From sequence record SRR20825019_3098: 64,000 bases of DNA; one strand, 5' to 3'. The notes beneath the pieces are model-generated. The model saw nothing but the letters and a program-made list of their open reading frames with translations, was not told the origin of the DNA and searched no databases. Position numbers and translations under genes: made by a program. Shown here piece by piece: positions 56,699 to 64,000 of the stretch (position 1 is the first letter of the stretch; every line of letters starts with the position of its first letter).

Positions 56699-59119
56699 TT
56701 AAATTCCAAATGGATTAGTATGGTCTGTACCACCGCCATTATCACCGTTACAATTGAATAATTCGGGGTCATATCCAATCGGTTGTTCAAAGTCGGCGAC
56801 GGAAATTTTCAATTCCTTGTCCTTATATACTTGTTGCATGTAATAGCCATAAATCGGCAACGCCATTCGTGCCCCTTGTCCCCAAGTCATAGACCTGAAA
56901 CGAACTTGCTTATCTTCTCCACCGGCCCAAACGCCTGTTACAAGATCGGGAGTAAGTCCCATAAACCAACCATCCGAGTTTCCTTGTGTTGTTCCTGTTT
57001 TACCTGCTGTTGGAGCCGTAATTCCTCCCCACTTTGGTGACCATTTTAGACTCGTACTTGTTCCAAATTGTACAACGCCTTTCATCATTTTAAGTGTTTC
57101 AAAAGCAATGCTCGGATTCAATACTTCGCGCATGTGTGGTTCAGCGGAATAAATGACATTTCCATTTCTATCTTCTATCCGCAACACAGTCATTGGTCGA
57201 ATGAACATTCCTTCATTAACAATCATTGCTTGCGCTCCTGTTATTTTAAGTAAAGAAATGTCTGGTGTTCCAAGACAAATAGATGGAGAAACTAAGCTTT
57301 CAGGAATGTCGATATCCATAGCAGACATCATTTTCGAGATGGTTTGCGGTCCTGAACAGGCTCCCATTTTAGACATAACGAACACTGTACCTGGGTTATT
57401 TGAAGCTGCCAAACAACCAGCAACGGTTGAATTAGCCGCAACAGTACCTGCAGGACACCATCTTTTACCTCCTTCATAGCAAGGGTCTACGCAATATGAT
57501 CCAGCTGGAATATCAGTACAAGGTTTCACAACACCCATAGCCATAGCTGTTGAGTAAACAAAAGGCTTTATCGTTGATCCAACTTGTCGACTTCCTTGCG
57601 CAACCTGATCATACGCGAAATGATTAAAATCAGCACCTCCAACCCATGCCTTTACGAAGCCAGTTGCAGGTTCTATAGAAACAAGTCCAGCACGAATGAG
57701 GTTTTTATAGTAACGAATCGAATCGTTTGGAGTCATAATGGTGTCTTTGTCTCCTTCCCAAGAAAATACGCGCATGGGAATAGGTTTATTAAACGAAGCC
57801 ATTATTTCCTTCTCTGAAGCTCCAGTGCGGTCCATCTGGTAGTATCGCTCTGAGTTTTTGCGCGAACGATTCATGATATTCTCTATCGTTTCATCAGAAA
57901 TTTTTTCTCCATTATACGATTCTGCAAATGGATAGCGCTTGGTGGACTCGTTGTTTTTAGAAAACGCAGGTTGTAAGTCTTCTTTCAAATGCTTTCTAAC
58001 GGCGATTTCAGCATACTCCTGTAATGTAACGTTAAGCGTTGTGTAGATTTTCAGACCGTCCTTATATATATTATACGCCGTTCCGTCTTTCTTTTTGTAT
58101 TTCAACGTTCCATCTTCTTTCTTTTCGCTCAAAAGTGTTTTTAAATCTTTACGAAGTGATTCTCTGAAATGTGGTGCAATTCCTTCCTTGTGATCTACCG
58201 TTTGATAATTCGTAGGAATTGGCAATTTGCTCAGGGAATCGTATTCAGCTTGCGTGATATAGGTAGAAAGTGCTTTGTTTTTGGCATTGGAATTTTTCAA
58301 CCATTGTCCAAGAACAGTGTTTCTTCTCAGAACAGCACGCGAACTATCTGCAACTCTATCCGCACCAGGAAGGCGGGTTTGATATTTATATGGGTTATAT
58401 AAACTTGGATTTTTACACATTCCAACGAGCATTGCTGCTTCGTTTTTATCTAATTCGGACGGTTTTTTGTTGAAATAGACTTTTGCCGCATTTTCAATTC
58501 CCACGGCGTTATAGAGAAAATCAAATTGATTGAGGTACATAGTGATGATTTCCTCTTTCGTATAGCGTTTTTCTAGTCGAACGGCAATAATGTTTTCACG
58601 TACTTTTTCATTGATTCTGCGTTCCCATTTACCTTCTTTTTTGGTGTCTTCTTTTCCTTCTGCCAACAATTGATCAACTCGCTCGCGTTCTTGAAGTGTA
58701 AAAAGCAACTTTGCTAACTGTTGAGAAATGGTAGACGCCCCACCGTCGCTTCCCATTCCTTTTAAGGCACGGGCAATACCGATGTAGTCAATTCCTGAGT
58801 GCTCTATAAAACGCTCATCCTCCGTAGCGATTAGTGCATCGAGAACATAAGGAGAAATGTCGCGGTATTTGACAGGTGTTCGGTTAACGCTCCAATAGCG
58901 ACCTAATTCCGTTTTTCCGTCATCCGCTAGAACAACAGAAGCGAGTAATTCTGGAGGGTTTTCAAGTACTTCTACCGAAGGCATTAGTTCTTCGTCTTGA
59001 CTCATAACGAGGTAGAAGAGAATTAGCACAGGGAGAAATGATCCCACCCAAAGTGCGATATTCAGGTACTTCTTTGTGCGGTCTGTAAACTGCAATTTTT
59101 GGTTCTTTTCTTTGCTCAT
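56699..59119 (-). CDS. mrcA: Class A penicillin-binding protein (PBP1A)
   Basis: EDERF..H.G, GASTISQQL, STIK, SNN, KTGT. Confidence 0.92.
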   Translation of the reverse strand: MSKEKNQKLQFTDRTKKYLNIALWVGSFLPVLILFYLVMSQDEELMPSVEVLENPPELLASVVLADDGKTELGRYWSVNRTPVKYRDISPYVLDALIATEDERFIEHSGIDYIGIARALKGMGSDGGASTISQQLAKLLFTLQERERVDQLLAEGKEDTKKEGKWERRINEKVRENIIAVRLEKRYTKEEIITMYLNQFDFLYNAVGIENAAKVYFNKKPSELDKNEAAMLVGMCKNPSLYNPYKYQTRLPGADRVADSSRAVLRRNTVLGQWLKNSNAKNKALSTYITQAEYDSLSKLPIPTNYQTVDHKEGIAPHFRESLRKDLKTLLSEKKEDGTLKYKKKDGTAYNIYKDGLKIYTTLNVTLQEYAEIAVRKHLKEDLQPAFSKNNESTKRYPFAESYNGEKISDETIENIMNRSRKNSERYYQMDRTGASEKEIMASFNKPIPMRVFSWEGDKDTIMTPNDSIRYYKNLIRAGLVSIEPATGFVKAWVGGADFNHFAYDQVAQGSRQVGSTIKPFVYSTAMAMGVVKPCTDIPAGSYCVDPCYEGGKRWCPAGTVAANSTVAGCLAASNNPGTVFVMSKMGACSGPQTISKMMSAMDIDIPESLVSPSICLGTPDISLLKITGAQAMIVNEGMFIRPMTVLRIEDRNGNVIYSAEPHMREVLNPSIAFETLKMMKGVVQFGTSTSLKWSPKWGGITAPTAGKTGTTQGNSDGWFMGLTPDLVTGVWAGGEDKQVRFRSMTWGQGARMALPIYGYYMQQVYKDKELKISVADFEQPIGYDPELFNCNGDNGGGTDHTNPFGI

Positions 59120-59209
59120 GGCTGACTTTGATAAGGTAAAAATAAAGAATATCTCGTTGCTTCGGAGTGTATTAACATCAATTAAGAAGGATTCTTCAGG
59201 AAAAGGGTG

Positions 59210-60607
59210 TTAATTAAGCACATCCTTTCGCTGACTATCCAACTTCAAAAGAATAAACATCATAATGGAGAATGACATCATAGAAGAACCTCCTGAGCTA
59301 AAAAATGGTAGTGGAATTCCAATAACAGGGGCAAATCCGATGTTCATTCCTAAATTGACTGCAAAATGATAGAACAAAACGGTAGCGACTGAATAGGCAT
59401 AAATTCGATTAAAGGCGGAGCGCTGTCGCTCTGCAATGGCGACAATTCTCAAGAGCATGAAGGTATAAAGAGTCACTAAAAGGATGCTTCCTGCAAATCC
59501 CCATTCTTCCGCAAAGGGACAGAAAATAAAGTCGGTATCACTTTCTGGAACGTGATTGCTTCGCATTGTGGAAACGGAAGCTTGTCGGTATCCTTTTCCG
59601 AAAAACCCACCAGACCCAACGGCTGCCATTGCACGGTTTCTGTTGTAATCATCTCCATCTTGATCTTCACGCAAACCTAAAACTAGCTCAATTCGTTCTT
59701 TTTGGTGTTCGGGTAAACTTTCGAATCCAATATGAACGGAAGCTGTAAGTCCAGCCGAAAGTGCGAATGCAATAATCGCAACGGCCGCTGCTCGTTTACG
59801 ATCTCTTCTGGCAAAGATCCAACGCATGAGGAAGTAACCGATGAGACATATAAGAAGAAGAGCAAAAAACACTTTCCAATACCCAGAGAAGTCTTTACCT
59901 GCAAAGAAGCTTGTTTGAAAGGTTTCTCCTCCGAAAATCAGCGTGGTTACACACAGGAAAACAATCACAAAAAAAATGGGAATAAAGTGCGTTCCTACCC
60001 ACGTTTCTTTAAACTTCACTCCGGGAATTAAGTTGACGACCTTCAGTATAATTGGATCGAATGTTACACCTTCGCGGTACATCACGAAAAGAAATGCGGT
60101 AAAGACGATGAATGTTCCAGCATCTGGCTGCAATAGAATGAGCACCATTGGAAGAATCAGAATTCCCAGTGAAATTAAAACCGTTTGGACATTTTGCTGT
60201 TTGACATTCAAGGATCCCAAAAAGCGTGAGAGTAGAATTGCAGTACCGATTTTCGCAAACTCTCCCGGCTGAATTCCCATGGATCCAACGCCAAGCCAAG
60301 CACGAGCTCCATTGATTGGCTTTGTGAATAGTACAATGACGAGCAGAAAGATAGTCGCGCCGTAGATCGGCAGGGCGAATTTTCGGTAGATATCAGAGTC
60401 TATCAGGAATACAAGCAGTCCCAAAAACAATGAAATACATAACCAAACGACCTGTTTTCCATAGCGCTGAGAGAAGTCGAACAAATTTGGATGCTCAGGG
60501 TCGTAGGCAACGGAATATACTGTAGTAAGTCCCATCGCTAACAAAAGAATGTAAACGATGAATAAGGGCCAATCGAAGCTCCCTGTTATGGATTGATTTG
60601 CTCTCAT
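59210..60607 (-). CDS. rodA: Rod shape-determining SEDS protein RodA
   Basis: QPGEFAK, QPDAGT, TDFIF, GIPLPFFS.GGS. Confidence 0.95.
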   Translation of the reverse strand: MRANQSITGSFDWPLFIVYILLLAMGLTTVYSVAYDPEHPNLFDFSQRYGKQVVWLCISLFLGLLVFLIDSDIYRKFALPIYGATIFLLVIVLFTKPINGARAWLGVGSMGIQPGEFAKIGTAILLSRFLGSLNVKQQNVQTVLISLGILILPMVLILLQPDAGTFIVFTAFLFVMYREGVTFDPIILKVVNLIPGVKFKETWVGTHFIPIFFVIVFLCVTTLIFGGETFQTSFFAGKDFSGYWKVFFALLLICLIGYFLMRWIFARRDRKRAAAVAIIAFALSAGLTASVHIGFESLPEHQKERIELVLGLREDQDGDDYNRNRAMAAVGSGGFFGKGYRQASVSTMRSNHVPESDTDFIFCPFAEEWGFAGSILLVTLYTFMLLRIVAIAERQRSAFNRIYAYSVATVLFYHFAVNLGMNIGFAPVIGIPLPFFSSGGSSMMSFSIMMFILLKLDSQRKDVLN

Positions 60608-62484
60608 TCAACTAACCAATCAGAAAGTTTGGCGTCTAGGATTCGTTGTTCCTTCGCTTTATCTTTTATTTCGCCGTTCAAGTATTTCTCAACCATTAGG
60701 CTCGCGGTTGGTGCGGCCCATGTTCCACCGCCTCCACCTGTATTCTCAATAAAGCAGGCGATCGCAATTTTAGGTTGATTCATAGGCGCAAACGCAATAA
60801 ATACAGAGTGATTTTTTTGCTTCACACCGCGAATGTAATTTTCTACTGTTCCTGTTTTACCGCACATCGTAATACCGTCAATTCGTGCGAGTCGTGCCGT
60901 TCCTCCAGCTTCGTGCACTACTTTTCTCATTCCTTCCAATACAGGAGAAAAATATTTCGGATCAACCATGGTTTTTCTCTTCACACGATACTGTGGAAGT
61001 GGCCCGCTGTCTCCAATTGATTTAACGAAGTGCGGAGTATAGAACCATCCTCGGTTGGCCATAATTGCGGCAATATTAGCCAATTGCAGAGGCGTAATTT
61101 GCACCTCTCCTTGTCCAATTGAAATGGAACGAATGGTAGAGAATTTCCATTGGTGGTGACCATACCATTTGTCGTAGTACTTTGGATCTGGGATAACTCC
61201 AGCGCGGAGTCCCGTAATGTCCGTTCCTAACTTTTCACCCAACCCGAAGCTGTGCATGTATTCCGCCCATTTTGCTAATCCAATTTCCGCATCTGCGAAG
61301 TCGCTTTTCTTTTTCCCTTGTTGAATAATTCTTCTAGTTACTGCGTAGAAATAAGGATTACACGAAAACTGAACGGCTTGAGAAACATTTTGCGCATTTG
61401 GATGGTTATGGCAACCTACAACGCTTTTGTTACAAGGAAATCCACTGTCTTCGGTGATTACACCTTCTTGCATTCCAATTAATGATTGGAGCAACTTAAA
61501 AGTTGATCCAGGCATGTATTCAGATGCCAATGGACGTGGGAAAAGAGGTTTGTTCGGATCTTTTAAAAGAGCAGGGTAGTTTTCGTCAATCTTCTTCTTT
61601 CCAACGAGTAAGTTTGGATCAAAACTCGGTGAGGAGACAAGTGCTAGAATTTCTCCAGTTGCGGGTTCAATCGCCACAATACATCCTTTTTTATTCGCGA
61701 GCAGCTTTTCACCATACGCTTGGAGTTCAACATCTAATCCCAAATGAATAGGGTCGGCTTGAACGGCTGTGGTATCGTATTTTCCGTTTTCGAAGGACCC
61801 GATGGCATTTTGTCTTGCTGAAGTTACGATGTAGCGAACTCCTTTTCTACCTCTAAATTCTTTTTCATAGAAACGCTCAATCCCTGTTCGTCCAATGTGA
61901 TGTCCGTTTCGATAGAATGGATCGGCGTCTTTTTCTTCTTTGGTAACCTCATTCAAATAGCCCAAAATGTTAGAACCATTTTGATAAGGATAGTTCCGCA
62001 TACTTGCTACTTCCTCATAAAACCCGTCGAAATCGGTTAGTCTTGGAGCAATTTTCGCCATTTCATCCTGACTTAATTCTTTTAGAAATGGGTAGGCGCG
62101 TTCCTTTTGATAGTTTTGATCTTTTTTACCCGTATGTGGATTGTCATAGTACCCCTCACCTTCAACGATGGCGTGATAGCGGTCTTTGAATTGTTGGGGT
62201 GTAATTCCAATTAATTGACAGAATGCAGAAGTATCTAATCCCTTGAAGTCAACTTCTCGCATCATGAGATTGTAATACGTTTTATTCTCAACAATCTTTT
62301 TACCATTACGGTCGAATACAACAGCTCTTGGAGGAGTTATTTCTCTTCTTTTCTCAGCAATTTGTTGTGCTCTTACCTTCCATGAGTCATCTACCACTTG
62401 CATGTAGAATAACTTAAAAGCATAGAGAATTCCCGTTAGCGCAAAGATGGATATAATGACATATTTCCGTGAATCAAACTTCAT
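60604..62484 (-). CDS. mrdA: Penicillin-binding protein 2
   Basis: PGSTFK, SCN, GKTGT; position in the mre operon. Confidence 0.95.
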   Translation of the reverse strand: MKFDSRKYVIISIFALTGILYAFKLFYMQVVDDSWKVRAQQIAEKRREITPPRAVVFDRNGKKIVENKTYYNLMMREVDFKGLDTSAFCQLIGITPQQFKDRYHAIVEGEGYYDNPHTGKKDQNYQKERAYPFLKELSQDEMAKIAPRLTDFDGFYEEVASMRNYPYQNGSNILGYLNEVTKEEKDADPFYRNGHHIGRTGIERFYEKEFRGRKGVRYIVTSARQNAIGSFENGKYDTTAVQADPIHLGLDVELQAYGEKLLANKKGCIVAIEPATGEILALVSSPSFDPNLLVGKKKIDENYPALLKDPNKPLFPRPLASEYMPGSTFKLLQSLIGMQEGVITEDSGFPCNKSVVGCHNHPNAQNVSQAVQFSCNPYFYAVTRRIIQQGKKKSDFADAEIGLAKWAEYMHSFGLGEKLGTDITGLRAGVIPDPKYYDKWYGHHQWKFSTIRSISIGQGEVQITPLQLANIAAIMANRGWFYTPHFVKSIGDSGPLPQYRVKRKTMVDPKYFSPVLEGMRKVVHEAGGTARLARIDGITMCGKTGTVENYIRGVKQKNHSVFIAFAPMNQPKIAIACFIENTGGGGGTWAAPTASLMVEKYLNGEIKDKAKEQRILDAKLSDWLVE

Positions 62485-62996
62485 GTTTCTCGGCGTTTAC
62501 GAATGAAGAGATATTGAAGTAAAACACAGACAACGAAAGACATTGGAACACTCAACGCTGTCTTTTTGAGAACAAAGAGCATCTCATTTAATTTGAACAT
62601 TTCGAGCATGAAAAACCAGAAATGATGGATCAAAAGAAGTAAACCGAATGATTTAAGAAACCACGACAGTCCCATTTGATGAACATTGGCTTCTTCCATT
62701 TGCTCATATCCGTCTCGTGGAGCAAACACTTTAAAAATCATTGGTCGGAAATAAGACACAACCAGCAACGAGGAAGCATGAAGTCCATAAGTGTCTGAGA
62801 AAGAGTCGATGCTTAGACCAAGTGCAAATGCAATCATTAACGAGAGGAGAATATTGATGTCTACGGGTAAAAGCGCGATAAAAAGCGGGTAGATCATCAA
62901 TTGTGTTCCCCATCCAATTTCCACCTGGTTCAGAATAAGTACCTGAACTAGCACAAAAAATATGAAACGAACTCCGTGTTTAATAATAGTATTCAT
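62481..62996 (-). CDS. mreD: Rod shape-determining protein MreD
   Basis: Hydrophobic, GL.ID.F..TYGLHA; position between mreC and mrdA. Confidence 0.88.
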   Translation of the reverse strand: MNTIIKHGVRFIFFVLVQVLILNQVEIGWGTQLMIYPLFIALLPVDINILLSLMIAFALGLSIDSFSDTYGLHASSLLVVSYFRPMIFKVFAPRDGYEQMEEANVHQMGLSWFLKSFGLLLLIHHFWFFMLEMFKLNEMLFVLKKTALSVPMSFVVCVLLQYLFIRKRRET

Positions 62997-63847
62997 TCTT
63001 CGATTCTGTCTTCAGGGATGGATGCTTCGATTTTCTCACGCTCGTCAAGAAGAATATTCTTGATCACGTAAACATATTGTACAGAGCGAAGATTCTCTGA
63101 AAGTTTAACGGTAATGTCCCACAATGGTTGACCTTCTACAACGGTAGATTTTTCTACTTTACCAACGGGTAATCCTTTCGGGAAAATATTTGCCCCACCG
63201 CGAGTAACTACGTTTGACCATTTTTTTATTTCTGTATCATTCGAAACTCCACTCATATTTGCTCGCCTCGCGTTTACACCGTCCCATTTTAGGAGGCCAG
63301 GCTCGCCTGTTTTCTCAATCATAACGTCTACGTTCAAATCTTTCGTAAGACATGATTTTACAACGGAGAAGTGTTCACTAACATTGTGGATGACACCAAC
63401 AATTCCTTTGTCCGAGATAACGCCCATTCCTCGTTTAACGCCTTCCTTACTCCCGATATTCAAGGTAAAGTAGTTGTCTCTACGATGAAAAGTAGATTTG
63501 ATTACCATCGCTGGCATGTAGGTGAAGTATTGTATGTTCTCCGAACTTGGATGATCTACAGTGTCGACATAGTCTCGCGTACTTACAACCAACTTATTTT
63601 GTTGAAGTTGTTCTCTTAGTCGAATGTTTTCCTCCTGTAATTTTCTATTGCTTTCATTCAGCCCGAAATGCTTCGTTAAATCATTTCTCCAAGAAAGCAC
63701 CGTTCCAGAGACATTGGAAGCTGTGGTCAAATATTGTGACCGAGGAAAAACGCTGAAAGAGAAGTAGATAGTTAATGCAAAGCCCTGCAGGAGCGCAAAA
63801 AACAAGAGCACTCTAAACCGACGAATAAAAGCAAGGAAATTTCGCAT
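62993..63847 (-). CDS. mreC: Rod shape-determining protein MreC
   Basis: TM helix plus coiled coil (L.EEN..L), GV..GMGV, FPKGLPVG. Confidence 0.94.
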   Translation of the reverse strand: MRNFLAFIRRFRVLLFFALLQGFALTIYFSFSVFPRSQYLTTASNVSGTVLSWRNDLTKHFGLNESNRKLQEENIRLREQLQQNKLVVSTRDYVDTVDHPSSENIQYFTYMPAMVIKSTFHRRDNYFTLNIGSKEGVKRGMGVISDKGIVGVIHNVSEHFSVVKSCLTKDLNVDVMIEKTGEPGLLKWDGVNARRANMSGVSNDTEIKKWSNVVTRGGANIFPKGLPVGKVEKSTVVEGQPLWDITVKLSENLRSVQYVYVIKNILLDEREKIEASIPEDRIEE

Positions 63848-63966
63848 GTGCAAAAGTAAGAAAAAGCATACGTTTACATCACTATCAATGACAGATGAAT
63901 GAACCGTTCATTGTGAATTATCGTAAATACTTCCGTTTTCAACAAAGAAGCAGCAAAATGTGCTGA

Positions 63967-64000
63967 TTAATCTCGAATCAAGAATTGGAAACGATCGATG
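63967..64000 (-). CDS. mreB: 3' end of MreB (partial, window edge)
   Basis: Reverse strand reads IDRFQFLIRD*, resembling a Bacteroidota MreB C-terminus, upstream of mreC. Confidence 0.6.
   Translation of the reverse strand, partial: IDRFQFLIRD

Noticed and set aside
59210-60607. RodA longer than the E. coli protein
   Set aside because: Extra central TM segments are usual in Bacteroidota RodA
524-63756. Numerous 60-170 aa ORFs overlapping the main genes
   Set aside because: Antisense or alternate-frame shadows of well-supported CDSs with no recognisable motifs
63854-64000. Apparent absence of mreB from the mre operon
   Set aside because: The last 34 bases encode an MreB-like C-terminus (IDRFQFLIRD*) on the minus strand, so the gene is simply cut by the window edge

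Overview
This 64 kb window is chromosomal DNA from a Bacteroidota bacterium, probably Flavobacteriales. The assignment is inferred from many T9SS C-terminal domains, TAnnTTTG promoter boxes and kynU/kmo. It holds about 50 CDSs. Housekeeping genes include asd, mfd, fbp, hemL, kynU, kmo, yicC-gmk-nadD, scoAB, PBP1A and mreB(3' end)-mreC-mreD-mrdA-rodA. They are interleaved with secreted/T9SS proteins and orphans. I found no rRNA, tRNA, CRISPR array, transposase or prophage. The best lead is at 8.4-13.7 kb: a T9SS-secreted PhoX-like phosphatase with a complete ~470-aa choice-of-anchor-I beta-propeller nested inside it, followed by an imelysin-like/di-heme MauG-bCcP enzyme with non-canonical active-site motifs. 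Second, two unrelated orphan genes 20 kb apart (a signal-less GH18 and a 139-aa protein) share an upstream motif at nearly identical spacing from the promoter, which suggests a hidden regulon. Third, LytTR-type 21-bp-period boxes occur both at the local two-component system and upstream of a T9SS cargo plus S74-chaperone fibre operon. All family calls are from motif recognition by eye; no searches were run.
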